Source of the DNA: Massalongia carnosa
Lineage: Eukaryota
DNA length: 64,000 bases
Direction of reading: 5' to 3'
Assembly (NCBI GenBank): GCA_965645245.1
Contig: OZ287069.1
Coordinates: 1,178,001 to 1,242,000, forward strand
Part shown: positions 1 through 13,252 of the stretch, in pieces
Layout: every line of letters starts with the position of its first letter
Position numbering within the stretch: the first letter of the stretch is position 1
Position numbers and translations under genes: made by a program
The notes under the pieces: generated by a model
Told to the model about the DNA's origin: nothing
Seen by the model: only the letters and a program-made list of their open reading frames with translations
Databases searched by the model: none

Positions 1-714
1 GCAGCAGCATTCAAGCCGACGACGAGGCACCCGAAAAGGACGAGAAACGGTCATATCAACTTAAGAGATGGGCCAGAAGCATAGCCCAGTTACACGGACT
101 CAAACTCGAAAACTTTACCACGTCTTTCGCAGATGGGAAAATCTTTCACAAGATCATAGACGAGTATATGCCTCTCATTCCTCTCCTACGACAATCAGAA
201 CACGAGCCAGACAATAAGGAAAGTAGCTTAGGGTGGAAACTCCAGGCCTTGGGTTGTACCGCATGCTTTGGTAAGGCGTTGATGTCCTCCTTGGCGGCCA
301 CTCCCTTAGGCTAATCTACCCATAGCCTCTGTTTTTAACTATTATAGAAACGAGCATGTGTTTAGTAGCGGCTTCACAATAGCCCTTTTGGCTTTCTTGT
401 GCTCGCGGCTTCTTGCAGCATCCCGAGACAGTCGAGCCGCAACGATAATCCAGCGCGCCTACCAACGTTCAGTCATTAGAAGAAGCTTGCGACGGCGGTG
501 CATACTTCAACGACTCGCTTATGATTGCCAGACCGTCTTCTTAACTCGTTCTAGAGTGGTCGCCGCAAGCCAGATAATTCAGGAAGCTTGGAGAGACTAT
601 TCGAGGAAGAAGGCTGGTAGAGTGAGGATGCACCTGGAGAATGGGCAGAGTGGCGAGGTTGCTACGCCTTGTCCAGGAACGCAGGAGGAAGAGGTCGATA
701 TCTGGTTGCAATAG
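1..714 (+). CDS. 3' part of calponin-homology + IQ-motif protein (ASPM/Sha1-like calmodulin-binding protein); exons <1-270, 326-714
   Basis: Exon 1 reads LKRWARSI...LENFTTSFADGKIF (CH-domain motif). GTAAGG intron 271-325 with GCTAAT branch and TAG acceptor keeps the frame. IQ-like motifs IIQRAYQR and IIQEAWRDY. Confidence 0.75.
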
Positions 715-2098
715 GCCAAAGGAGGGCCATCCACACTTTTGGCGTTGACTAAATGAATAATGATTAAGCGATGGACCTTTGGACGTTAACGATAATCAAT
801 AATGATCAGTAATGATAACAATGTCTGGAGCGACGGTAGAACCTGTCGGGTAGGTTTGCCGAATATGACTCACTCTCGTCCTTCGATTTGTACGGGACCA
901 ATCAGAGTGGTGCATATTGTGTGCTGGATAATCCTTGTTCCATGCCGAGCTTGGCTTAATGACCCCTTTCTTTGCGACAGACGCACTCGTGACACTTCGG
1001 AGTCGCTATGAAGCGGTGCATCTGGCGAATGCGAACAATAGAAAGAAATATCATGTCGTGGCATCATAAGTTTCATCGAGACTGTTTGTCAGTGTGAACA
1101 TCAGTTCCTTATATTGGTCAGATCTTCGGGTCATCTGGATAATTAACATCCAGTCTTTCCGTAGCGAAGCGAATGCGAGTGATCCGCCTGGGCCCTTCCA
1201 GGCGGCTTCGGGAATAAACAATTCTCGCTTTAGTTTTGCGGTTGACTGTTGTACTCTGTACTCCGTATTCTGTATCAAGTTCCGTTGAGTGTGCTGAGGT
1301 TATCTAATCAATCTCGTGGCTTATGCACACGCGCTCCGTTCCGGTGCAAGACACGACCATCTCGTTGCCGCGTAAGTTTACCGTTTTCGCCACTTTAATA
1401 ACAGGACCCTTCTTGGCCATGGTCCCCGCCACCCAACACCCGACCAACTGCTATCTATTTTCGCCGATTTGTATGATTTGATGGCTTGTTTGATCCACCT
1501 CGGCTATCCTCCAGCTCAACTCCACGAGCCCACGGCAGTTGGTATCGGGAAACGTTTGGTCTAGGCCCTGGGGCGAGGCCCCCAAAACCTTGTGCATATC
1601 TTTGTCCGATGTCTCTGTTGCACTACTGGCCTTTCAAGGCTACATGACCTCTCGAAAGACAATATGAAAGTCTGGAATTCTGTCCATCGGCTTCATGGGC
1701 CGTTCCGTTGAGCGCGTGTTCTGATTGTGCTACGGCGTGGTGCGAAGGAAATGATCGCCGGAGATCCTATTCCGTCTACTGGTGTGTGGCCATGGGGATT
1801 TACCACCCTTGACGGAAATACTTAAGGAGATGGCCTTTCCAGCTGGAGTGAAGGAGACATTGACTCTACGCCTTGTAAGTGATCGTGAGTCTGCCCCCTG
1901 GTCAGCGACTCTTCCCCTGGCCCATCGCTTTCACATACCTAGCCCGGCTGCTTTATATATCGGAAACCATCATCGGGACCACAGCCGGACATACATCCGC
2001 CAGCTCAGTCTTCTCTTGCTTTCATCCTTCGAGCCCCTCCTACTGCAGCGATAAGCAAATCTTACTTCCATTGCTCGCTAATTTCCAAAGATCCCATA

Positions 2099-3076
2099 AT
2101 GCCCGACCTTGCATCCCTGCCTCCAGAGATAATCCGAGAAGTGGTCTCCTATCTACCAGTTCCGTCTCTCCATGCTTTTGGCTTAACGTCGAAATACAAT
2201 CATGGTGTTCAGCTTTGTTCGTTGACGACTTTACGGTTGGGTGTGTTTCCATCAAGGCTTGCTGGCATGATATCCCTTATGGAAGCCGCAGCGGACAGCA
2301 GCTCCACCCACAGCGTGCAGATGGTATTACCGAAAAGTGATTCCACGTCGAAAGAGATGATCATTCGAAATCAAAACGCGGCGGTCCGGGAAGTTGTTGA
2401 AAACCACAAGCACACCCTGCGAAATCTTGAAATCGCTCTCTGGGACCTTCAGCCTTGTGGCGCAAAGCCGGTAGTTGGATTAAACAATCTACGCGCGTTG
2501 GCCATACGGCTTGATCACCCTCACACAAGACATCTTAGTGTGGATCGCCATTTCTGGGACACCTCGCCACCGTCCACGGTGTGGAATAGCTTTTTTGCGA
2601 GCCCGAACGAGAAAGGGGTATTAGGCCGTCTACAGAGCATGACTTTAGAGCGAGCAGGCATCACGGACTTCCAGCTACAGCAGATGCTGAAGGAAAACCC
2701 GATGATTACGAATTTACGTCTGCGAAAATGCCTTGTGCTTACGCGCGAGACATTTGAGTATCTGGGTGAAAACGACATCGGCGGCCGGCTAGAGACGTTT
2801 CACTTCACAAGCCATGCAGGCGGTGAAATTGACGATGGCGTTCTTGATTATATTGACAATCTGGTTAAATTAAAGGTATATCTAGCCGTACAAATCAGAT
2901 ATACAAGGCGTTAACAGACTTTGCCACAGTCCCTGTCATTGCATGGATGCAACAAAATCAGCAGCGACCTGGTCAAGAAGCTTAACAACGACCGCTGGCA
3001 CGTCCGTGACGTCGTGTTGCCTTATGACAGCGAGAATACGGAGAAGATTCTCGAAATTGACCCCAACTATAAATAA
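2099..3076 (+). CDS. F-box protein with LRR-like C-terminus; exons 2099-2875, 2930-3076
   Basis: N-terminal LASLPPEIIREVVSYL F-box motif; LxxLxL repeats; intron GTATAT 2876 to CAG 2929 gives in-frame exon 2 SLSLHGC...EIDPNYK*. Confidence 0.8.
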
Positions 3077-3862
3077 GGACGCTTTCAATGCGGTTGGTAT
3101 ATCCGCTTTGGGTGCAGAATAGGGCGTTTCAGGGGTTTCCACTAGGTACTTGTAACTTAAAGTTCCGTTTGGGAGCATCATCGGGACGCGCGTTTATGGC
3201 GCTTGGCGTTGGCCTCATGGTCTCTGGCGCAAAAATGTCTCAAACTAGTCGGTTATACTCGTTTCTCTTTGCGGAAAGATTTTGCGAGGGATCAAAGGGT
3301 TTTTAATTTGGGGTTGAGGGGTATAGGGGTATGGGGTCCGGAGTTAGCACCCGAAGTGTTTGGGCTTATACCCCCTTTATCTATCTTAGTTTCGGAAGAA
3401 CGGCGTTCCCCTTTCAGTCTTTCTTGCGCGTGGATCATGTTAGTCCATTTCTCACGTCAGTGCTCTCTATTGCACCAAAACAATAATAAAAAAGCGCGCT
3501 ATATCTTCTAATGGGCGTTGAATTTCGGATCTAGCTTGCAGATTCTTATCATATCTTGGTGCGGTGTGTAGACGTTTCTCCCAACCTAACCTTTTTAAAG
3601 CCTAGAGCTGGCAGGGGCATGCATGCAGAGAGATGTCTTTCCCCTTCAGCCTTCTCCCTCCTTTTTTACATTCCTCTTATTTACTGCCGTTGTATTCTTT
3701 CCTGTCATTGTTGTAAGAACTCGACATAAAATATCCCGAGCTAGAGTGAGAGAGGGGGTCATTACGAAACTGGCTTTAATCCTGATTGATTGATTGGTTG
3801 GTTAGGTAATATACATAGGTATTGTGTACAATGCGTAAAATGAGCAGGGGGGAGAGACAGAC

Positions 3863-3883
3863 AGAGAGAGAGAGAGAGAGAGA
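3863..3883. repeat. (AG)n microsatellite
   Basis: About 10 AG units read directly. Confidence 0.9.
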
Positions 3884-5132
3884 TCTCCTGGGGCATGTTT
3901 TATTCCTTTGGGGAGGGGGGGTTTTGGCTGTCTGACTGACTGTCTGTCTGTTTTTCAGAATGGAGGAAGAAGGGGAAAAAGTGTTGAAGCTGCAGAGCAG
4001 AGCAGACCCCATGACAATATCAAACTTCCCTGTTCTCTAAACTCAACATCAATCCCTATTGACCAGCCTCCCGTTAAGAGTGTCGAGAGAGAGAACTTTC
4101 GCAACAATAGGTTCCCCCCCAACTAGGGTATAAAAGCCCCTCTTCTTGTTACCTAGTTCCTTCTTCTTTCTTCCAACCATCTTCCTTGATTTGCTCCGTC
4201 TCTTAATAATCGGCTTCATTCTCTCTCTCTCTCTCACGATCATAGCTTTTACTCATTCGATTCCAGCTTTACCTAGCTCTCAATTCGCCTCCTTCTAGGG
4301 TTGCATCATCCACAAAGAAAGAACCATTACCTGTCGAATCTGGCTCTTTTTATCATTCTCATCGTCTCAGTCATCAATTCTCGATACAGCATATCTTTGA
4401 AGACCCTAGCCCCGCAGAAGAGAAGAGCCATTGTTCCTTGGAGAGATATAATCCTTGGCGCCTGGTCTTTTTCTCAGCTCATTTCACCTTTGAGCTCAGC
4501 TTCTTTTTAATCTTTAAAGACTGAACAGAACATTAGCATCAGAAATCTTTAGCGTGAACCCAGAGAGCAGCAATAATCCATCAGGGAAGGTAGGTCTCTT
4601 CTCAGCAACCCGTTTGTTGCTGCTTTATGCAACTCGAAGCTAGAGTTGATTTCGAATACCAAGCAAGATTTTGCAGCACATCGCAGTTCTAATTCACCTT
4701 ATTCTTAAGACTTCAGCATTGATAAAGAAGCCATTGGCTATACTTCAAAGCAAGAACTTCCTTTTCGTTACTGCTCTATTGCGACTTGAATCTGATATCC
4801 TTGTGAAACGCTTTTAGCATCGAAAAGAGAGAGATTAGCTTGCATATCTATCAAGCTTTCACCATCTGTCCCATCTCGCTGCAACCATACCTTTACTTCC
4901 TCTCGAAAGGCTTTTAGCATCGAACCAAAGACCAACCTCGGCTTTCTAGCAAGGGTTTGTAACAGCTTAACTCCACCACCTTTTCAAACGTTTCCAGCAT
5001 CGATCAGGAGACTAGCTTCAGCAATCAACCAGCATACTTTTCTTTGGCCGCAATCTCCCTTACCTTGTCTTCTTCTTATATATTAGGACGATTCCATCGT
5101 AAAACAAAAATCGCTGGGATCGCCTATTCAGA

Positions 5133-6346
5133 ATGGATACCCTCGTTCTCGCAATTGGCAAGCCAAAGAGTTCAGGGTTCAATGGAGCCAAAGAGATCCA
5201 TTCCGTACAAGGTAAGATCTTAAGATTGTCTTCCACTTCTTTCTTAGAGCCTAAGCTGACAACCGTGCTTCAAAAAGAGACGATTGATATCATGCGGACC
5301 ATAACATCAGCAGAGAGCAAGACCGCATATAACATACGCATTATCTCGGAGCACCTTACCAAGGCAGGTAGAGCGATCAATCCCAAGGATCGTTATTCAT
5401 GAGCTCCTCAGTAGAATCTGGGTACTCCCACTATTTTTAGAAGCTTACCCACGGCCCGGACGACCTCCCTTTCTACATCCGCCGGACAAGCAGCATCTTC
5501 TTCAAAGATCTAAGGCAAGTCACCATGCACGACCTGGGAGAACTCGAAGACTTGTACTACGCGGCGTGCGACAAGCTCAAGGAACTTCTCGACACGGTCG
5601 AGATTTTTCTTGCAAATAAGTTCCGAGCGCCCGAAGACGAGTACTTTACCTTCAACAGCAAGTCTTTGGAGATCTTGGGCCTAATTAAGGTAGTAGAGTT
5701 CAAGAACGGTCGTCTGATGTAGCAAGGAATGCTTTATGACCCACAAATGGTGGGCGTGATGGACCAGGCGGTCAGAAGGAAGAACCGTCGTGAGCACGTT
5801 GTGGGCTTGGCCGATACAGGACTCGAAGACGCGCGCCACAAGCCTTTCGGGCTTGTTTTTGGAGCCCTGAACGAGAAGTATCGAGGGATTCTTCAAAAAG
5901 AGCGGTCTGAGACCCTCCAGAGGCAATCAACTTGCACCCACCTGGAGGAACACGCTCCCAAATTCGAGATGTCTGGACGTAACCCTCTGTCTCGCACCCA
6001 TCCCGATGCAGCCGACCATTTCAACGGAGTGGAAGGAAAGGCTCCGGCTCCGTTCTCACGGAGCGACCATTGGTATGACATGGCCTACAGCAGCCGGACC
6101 GCCCACTTCGTTGAAATCCACGTCGAGACCCGCAACGGCCCAAGGCCGTGCCTGATCCGGAGTCGCCATGCCTATTTACAACGGCTCCTCGATCGTGACG
6201 AGAGAAGTAGACATGGGCTGAATAAGGGAGACTCGGTAATAGGCACCGTTCAGGAGCATTGGGTACATCCCACGGGAACTATAGGCATCCTTGATGTTGA
6301 CGGATGGTCTATTATAGAGACCACTCCGTCGCATTCGAGCGATTAA
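5133..6346 (+). pseudogene. Hypothetical-protein gene, probably pseudogenised
   Basis: ATG 5133; plausible introns 5212-5277 and ~5368-5414. One frame then runs to TAA 6346 but is broken by in-frame TAG at 5438-5440 and 5720-5722. No recognisable domain. Confidence 0.45.
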
Positions 6347-7116
6347 CAGGATGACGAGAAGACGAAAGGTATCCTGAGGAATTGATCGGAGTTGGGATTT
6401 CATGCTTTCTTCTTTCAGTTGGTTTACCTCGTTTTGCTTTGCTTCCGTGCGGCTTCGCATTCGTTTTTCACTCTCACGCATGCTTTTTATATCTATAGTT
6501 ATTTTATTTGAAATTAGTAAAGATCGTTCGGCTTCATGACATCCAGTTCGTTGTTTGAGGGGACGTCGGTATGAAGTAACAAATCATCATAGTGATCCCA
6601 TCTTCCATCCAATCTCTTAAGAAACGATTGTCGCGATTGGTCACGCGTGGCTCTAAGATTGTCGCTCTAGTAGTGAGTGAGTGGGTAGAAATCCCCCGAA
6701 TCAGGGAAATCAAATTACACGCATTAACCGCGGGAACCTTAACTGGATTAAATCCCAACCCCAAAAAGGAACGAAGCTACAAGTCCTCCACCCAGCCCTT
6801 CTTGCATGTAAAGCTATCTGGCCATCTACCCCGTGATTCTTGAAGCATGCATGCACAACTAGGCCCTCTTTCTTTCGACCCCCCGCAATAGTTCGATATG
6901 CCTATATAACTACGATAGCTCTTGCCTGATAGGAACGAGAGATATTGAAACAGTGAAAACTACCATCATCGTAAGGTGGAGAAGGTGAAGACGGTAGTTA
7001 GCGACCTATGTGTCTATCTCAGCACTGGGAATGCCCCTCCGAGTCAGGCAACTGAGATTGATCATGCTACCACTCGGTACCAGCACCACTCTCGGCACTT
7101 ATCGTTCAGCCAACTC

Positions 7117-7167
7117 GGAACTGGGAACTGACAGGGACTGGGGACTGACAGGGACTGGGGACTGACA
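7117..7167. repeat. 3 x 17-bp tandem repeat (GGGACTGGGGACTGACA)
   Basis: Units at 7117, 7134, 7151. Confidence 0.85.
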
Positions 7168-7642
7168 CGGAGCCACTATTCTTTGTCCGTCTCATAGGAG
7201 TTCGTCCAATGTACTAGCTCGAGCCGTTTGCCTTTCCTTTCTACAGGCTTGCCCAGTCTCCTTGTTCAGTGAGTCCTTGGGGCCGTACACGAACGGCAAA
7301 GCGCACATTCGATGGAGGATCCTTGAGTCACGTTCACGGTAGTCGGAATAGAAAGTACTCCGAAAAACCGACTTGAACGGTCTTTTACTGCTGGTAATGA
7401 TTGGACCGGACCTTTTCCATATGATTCTTTACAGAATTGCTCAACGTTTGGGTCTCGCTGAAAGTAATCTTACGTCATTGTTCATCGGGGTTGATATCAG
7501 ATCAGGCATGATCGATCGCTTAGCTGGGGTGATGTTGGGCGTGTGACTTCGCGTTCGGAAACCTCTTGAGACAACACAACAATGTAGTAGCTCTTTCACA
7601 TATGTCGTTGTGACTGGTGGTGCATTCTTTCAATCATTCAAT

Positions 7643-7706
7643 CATACAACCATACAACCATACAACCATACAATCATACAATCATACAATCATACAATCA
7701 TACAAT
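7643..7706. repeat. 8 x 8-bp tandem repeat CATACAA(C/T)
   Basis: Three CATACAAC units followed by five CATACAAT units, upstream of the gene at 7817. Confidence 0.9.
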
Positions 7707-7816
7707 CAATAGTCATATAGTCAATATTCATACAGTTCTTTGTTCATTCTTCCCATCTTACAGCACAGGTTGAGTGATTGTTTCTCCCTCCTTTGCATAT
7801 TCTCCAACCACGAGCA

Positions 7817-9430
7817 ATGACAGATGTCCAGCGTTGGCGGCAGACAATCCCCTTCGCCAGGCATTATGCTGGAGACTCGACGTCGAGTGATGGTCAAGCT
7901 GATGCTCAAGATAACACTTTGACCCAAGCAATTGCGTTGTCCACACCCGTCATTCCAGGACAGCCCAAGAACCGAGTGCGGCCAAGGAGTAAGTTCAGTT
8001 CATATCTAAGCACCCCTCGCACGTCACTTGCCCCCAACACGCCGGACTGCTCGACCTCTCATTGGCGAGAATCCATTGGCAAAAACAAGGTCTATAAACC
8101 GGACCCGGAACAGATGTGTAGCACCATCCTTGCCCACCTGTTGACGGACCCCACCAAAGGATTGCCAGCACAGTACAACGGGCTTCTCTTGCACATAGTA
8201 GAATCTCACCGGCAGCTGACGATCGACACACGCATCCGGCATGACGAGCTGGCAGCAGAAATCGAGAGCCATCAAGCGGATGTTGAGCAATTCCAGCAGG
8301 CCGTCGCATCTTGGTCCAGTGAAAAGGAGCGGTATGTGCTTAGTTTAGCCGCGCTGGAAGCAATAGTTGCCAAATGCCGGAATGGAATGACGTCTCTAGT
8401 AGGCAAGCAGCATGAAGGAGCGCTAACCAATGTACCCCCCGAACGGCCACATCGCAGGTCAGAGCGGAGGACGACGAGAGAAGCCACCCTGGCTACGGAC
8501 AACACAACTCCTCGTAAGTAGCCTGCAGTTCTGAAAGAATTTGGGCTAAGTTGCCCAGGATTGCCCCTGAACGCCCGACCATCGCTGCCGTCGTTAAAAA
8601 CGTCTTATCTGAGCGGTGACCGGTACGCTGGGGAGAGTAGAGAGGACGCTAAATTACCGCTCGCCTCCCCACTGAGTTCGAGGTTTCCTGACAGCGACCT
8701 ATCGAGTACGGAAGGTGACTTGCTTTCGGATGAGGAGGAGCAAATCCTGACGTCCGCCATGAGAAAGTCTGCGTCGAACGATAATCTAAAGATTGCAGTG
8801 CGACTTACCAAGTGGCTCGCACGATGCACCGGCAGATCCCAAGAAGATGTGTTCAACGAGATTGTTGGGCTATTCCTGGGAAGATCTTTCGCAAACACGC
8901 CTCGTGTGCGAGCCTTGAACCTCAAACCTCTACCGTGTATTCCAAAAACTGATAACGATTCCGATCTAATGAAAGACGTTACAGCTCCGACCCAGCCGCT
9001 GGACTCGAAAGAAAATGAACAGGAAACTAAGAGCACACGAGGCCACCGGCGGGAGTTTTCCTTCAGGCCTGGCGATGATGCTAAGAATAGAATTCCAATC
9101 CTAGCAACTAACGTTAAGCCGGTGCTATCGCAACTCAACGCGAGGAACGACGAGACAGCATTTCCCCAGGACCATCTCGATGATCGTCTTGATTTCCAGG
9201 AATGGATAGATCGTCAATCATCGAGTACGAAAGGTAGCCTGCGGTTTGAAACTACCTCAACACCTTGCACTCAAGATACACTGCCGATCAAAGCGGACTC
9301 GCCCAGGAAGCCGCACCGCGATGATTCCGGGCGAAGCGTGTTGACCGTAATCCGGAACGGCCCAGGCAAGCGCTTAAGCTCGTCCACGAAACTCTCCGTT
9401 GAAGCGCACGACGACGGCGATACCACCTAG
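7817..9430 (+). CDS. Hypothetical protein with coiled-coil segment; exons 7817-8513, 8559-9430
   Basis: Two long ORFs joined in frame by the intron GTAAGT 8514 to CAG 8558 (GCTAAG branch-like site); Ser/Pro-rich; function unknown. Confidence 0.65.
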
Positions 9431-10746
9431 ATTTCACGCAGCCGTTTTCGGGGGTAATCGATCCTGCAGCGCTAGCAACTATCGCCGACATGGATACGAA
9501 AGCAACAGGAGAGAGCACAGTCAAAGTCGACCGAGAAGAAGAACAAGAAGAAGAGGTAGAGGGATGGATGGATGATTAAGCCGGAGGCTGTGGTCGAAGA
9601 TTGGGGTTTTTTCCCCCGAGGGGCCTTGGTAGGGGGGAGGGGAAGGGGGAAAGAAGGGTTTATGGATGGACACTGTAGGTAGGTAGATAGATAGATCTAG
9701 ATATCCGCATACATCTACACCAAATAAGTCCAGGAGCAGTAATTTGAGGGCTATAAAAAAATAAAACCGTAGTTTGCGAGGAATTTAACGCAAAAGCGTT
9801 TGAAAGCTGGCGATTCCGTTTTCGGCACTAAAAGTCGGAAAGGGGAAACCGGAGATACATAAGATATCTAGCTAGTTATGTGAGAGAATTTCCCCGTTTG
9901 GCCCTGTTCTTTTGTCGGCTTTGATTCCCTTACCATTAACCGAATCATCAACCGCTTCGTCACATTGCATGTAGAATCGGGAGACTGAAAAATTAAGTAT
10001 GATTGAGCGTTTTAGACAAAATTAGTACAAACGTCGCTGACATATATAACTGATTAAGCATTTTATTAACGAGGAAAAAAAAGGGCAGCAAGGCTTTGCC
10101 TTTATTGGTTAATCTTTTGGAGACCTAAACTATGTATCTATAGTTAGCGTAAGGACAAGGGAATTTACGGCTCCCTGGTAATTTGATGCGAGGACTTGTA
10201 GTAATATTAGTGGTTAATTTCCATTCCCGTGTTCTTTTGAAGCTGACAATTCTTAGCGCTTTGCCTTCTACCATCCGTTCATGTCACCCCTCATCGTCTT
10301 TCTGATCCCCCTAAATTTATCTAGTTTACCAACTCACAATCTAGCTTCCCCTCTCCTAACAGAGCTTCGCTCTAAGGAAAATAAAAATAGAAAGGACGGT
10401 GGTGGAGGGGGGAGGAAGATAGAACGGTCAATGAGGAAATAGGGAGGACGAGAGGTTTAAAAAAGCGAAATAGACCGATGGTGAGAGGATAAGCAGACAG
10501 ATTTGCGTACTTCTACACTAACATGCAAGTCGACGGTAGGGGACTATAAATCTTGGTTTTTGAGTGGTATGGGAGTTAAGTACTGTACTATTATCATACA
10601 TTTCCCTTATTGAGCATATGGCTAGTAGATATACTAGCTATTAGCACACTCAATGGTTTAATTATGAGTAACGTACTTAAAAACGCAAGGAGTAGTCAAG
10701 CATACCCTCGTATCATTCTTGGAGCGTAAACGTTGTTACGTTGTCT

Positions 10747-11949
10747 CTAAGTTCGCCCGCACTCTTTTGCTCGGTTTCTCCCGTCTTCGCCTCGTTCTAA
10801 AGCATCTGCTTTCCGTGAAGAAAACTCCTTTTCAAGCGCGCCGATTTGATCGTTGAGGTATGAAACCTGTCCAGAAACAATATCTGTCGTATGATCATCC
10901 ACAACTTCGTCAAAGATCGCGTTTAGGCTGTCTTCCCTATTTTTTAGATCTTCCAGCTTGGACTGCAACAGTCTTGTTTTATTGCGGAGTTCGAGAGCAT
11001 CTTTGTATTGAGCCTCCCCGCCAAAGCAAACCTTGAACCCATCGCAATAGCATATATGTTCTGCTGGGCAATTAACATATCTCCTGGTGAATATAAACTG
11101 CCACGAGTACTCCCAGATTCTTCCTGATATGTAATCACTAAGAGGAGTCATCAAAATCCAATTTCGGTAAAACAAGAATTGGCTGAGCGGTATCGAGAGA
11201 ATTCGTTCCTTTGATATCGCGAACTGTGCACAGCAAGTCTGAGCAAGGAAAGCAGGGAGCGGATCGAAAGGAAATAATTCACCCCAGCACCTGGCCAATA
11301 CCACCTCCTCTTGTTTTCCTAGGCTCTCTTGTAAATTGGTAGGATGCAGCCACTTTGGACACCCGGGATCCCATTGACACCTCATATTCACATATCCTTC
11401 TCGGAAAACATGTTCGTCGTTGAGCCGTGAGATCATCTGGACAGCGTCATTGTCAAGCAGGTCGTTATTATGGTGGGTCCAACGATGTGCATGCATAAAT
11501 AATATGATGTCGGGTAGATTGGCGTAATTATCAATGATGTAAGTCAGGTATATCATGACTTCATGCCCCTTGTTCTTCGGAGGATATAGTGATGCTGCAG
11601 AATCATTGGCAACATAGATTGCAAGGTCAACTTCCGGTAATTCTTCTTTAATCCAAGATACTTCAACCGCGTTCATACAGGGAAGCACTACAATCCGCGA
11701 ATTCTGGGTTCCCTTGGGTTTGGAAGTCCCATGTTGAATGGTATTGGATGCTGAAGGATGGGTTGAGTGCACAGGTGCCTCAACACGGCTGGAGTACTCA
11801 AGAAAAGAGTTGGTAGAAATCTTTGATATTGTTACTTCATTGCTGGTAATGGAGTGGTTTCGGTCCGGTAAAAGAGTAAGGATCATAACGATTGCGGCAA
11901 CAGCGATGATCTGAACAGGCCTTTGGGATGCATATACAATAAGCACCAT
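10747..11949 (-). CDS. DUF3431 family protein (start uncertain)
   Basis: Motifs PKNKGHEVMIYLTYIIDNY, FMHAHRWTHHN, GYVNMRC, CCAQFAISKERI, SGRIWEYSWQFIF; N-terminal hydrophobic segment. Confidence 0.85.
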   Translation of the reverse strand: MVLIVYASQRPVQIIAVAAIVMILTLLPDRNHSITSNEVTISKISTNSFLEYSSRVEAPVHSTHPSASNTIQHGTSKPKGTQNSRIVVLPCMNAVEVSWIKEELPEVDLAIYVANDSAASLYPPKNKGHEVMIYLTYIIDNYANLPDIILFMHAHRWTHHNNDLLDNDAVQMISRLNDEHVFREGYVNMRCQWDPGCPKWLHPTNLQESLGKQEEVVLARCWGELFPFDPLPAFLAQTCCAQFAISKERILSIPLSQFLFYRNWILMTPLSDYISGRIWEYSWQFIFTRRYVNCPAEHICYCDGFKVCFGGEAQYKDALELRNKTRLLQSKLEDLKNREDSLNAIFDEVVDDHTTDIVSGQVSYLNDQIGALEKEFSSRKADALERGEDGRNRAKECGRT

Positions 11950-12682
11950 CGCAAGTGGCTTTCTAGGAAGACCGCCCGTTACGAAAAGGTTCTGCCTGAT
12001 GTATTTCAGCAATGCTTGCCAACACAAGTAGCCCTTATAGGCATATTTGCCTCATTATGTATCGAAAGGTCTTCTTACTGAGGCACACTATAGGTCTTGG
12101 GATACAGTTGCTCAGTGGTCGCTCCTGAACCTCAGCTGCATATGATACGTTACAAAGGTTGGGCCTCCGATGAGTAGAATAGCTGAATAATAAGTGCGAC
12201 TACCTTCAAAGAAATTGATGCGTAGAGAGGCCTAGAAATCGATCATTGCTGTAGACACTTCTGCAATGTATGTTTCCACTTTGTGTTGGTCTCAATACAC
12301 ATTTTCCAGGATGATTAACAAGAACGCTAGCTTTGGACTTAGGGCTAATATTATCCACGCCCCGGGGCAAGGAGTTTCTACCATAACTACTCACTTAAAC
12401 CGAAATATGTTCAGGACGTAACCTTGTAGTAACTGTAGGACACTAAAACGAAATGATTCTGATAAAGCTAAAATAATACAAAACTGCACCCAAACGGAAA
12501 TGACAACATGAGAAAGAAAAGCAAAGGGTAGATCTTGATTCCGACACTGTCTACGCATTAAGAAACCCAGCAGTTGGAGCATAATCAGATAACGACAGTA
12601 GAATAATGAGTCTTGATTTTTGGGGTGGCGAAAATGCTTATGGAAAGGGGTAAGCATAACTTAAATCGGTGGATCGGAGACT

Positions 12683-12808
12683 AGGCGGGGTGACAAAATA
12701 AGTGGCAGTTAGGTAAGCTAGGTTCCCGCCAAAAGTAAGGGAGTTTTGATAGGACATTTTGGCCGCGACCTAGATTACCTGACTGCCACTTATTTTGTCA
12801 CCCCGCCT
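12683..12808. mobile_element. MITE, 126 bp, 40-bp TIRs
   Basis: AGGCGGGGTGACAAAATAAGTGGCAGTTAGGTAAGCTAGG and its inverted copy (38/40); GAGACT on both flanks (12677-12682, 12809-12814). Confidence 0.85.
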
Positions 12809-13252
12809 GAGACTCGCAAGAGACTTTATTAATCTAAGATTTACACCTTTGCACAAAGCTACTAGCTTGTTGCTCATCGGTTGAGTGGCATTCGTGAAAG
12901 TATTCTCCAGCGATCGCTTTGATCCTAGGAGCACATTGCCGTCATGGTTCATAGGTTTAGCGTCCTCAAATCATGTGTGCATTCCATGAGAGTTAGGGAG
13001 GAACTTATAGAGTACTCAAAGCTATCATTGACAGCTTGAGAGGTAACGAATCCGTAAGAGGTTCAGAGCCACCAGCAAACTAGATTACTTTGGTCTCTTG
13101 TAAGCCAACGCGTCAGCCAAAGCGGAAAGAGCAATAATGCCTCACATAACAATATCTGGGACAATGATAATATGCTGCAGCTTTTTGTCCTTCCTCATAG
13201 TATGGTAAATTTGAAAGCAAGTTATGCCAGCATGTGGACTGTGAGTAGGCTA

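Noticed and set aside
802..2054. Short intergenic ORFs (also 3088-4510, 6534-6843, 12206-12952)
   Set aside because: No domains, many non-ATG starts, and no supporting splice pattern.
5438..5722. TAG recoding or an alternative genetic code
   Set aside because: Intact genes here have no internal TAG and some end in TAG (714, 9430); mutation is the simpler explanation.
7117..7706. CRISPR-like or telomeric arrays
   Set aside because: Simple tandem repeats without unique spacers; not TTAGGG.
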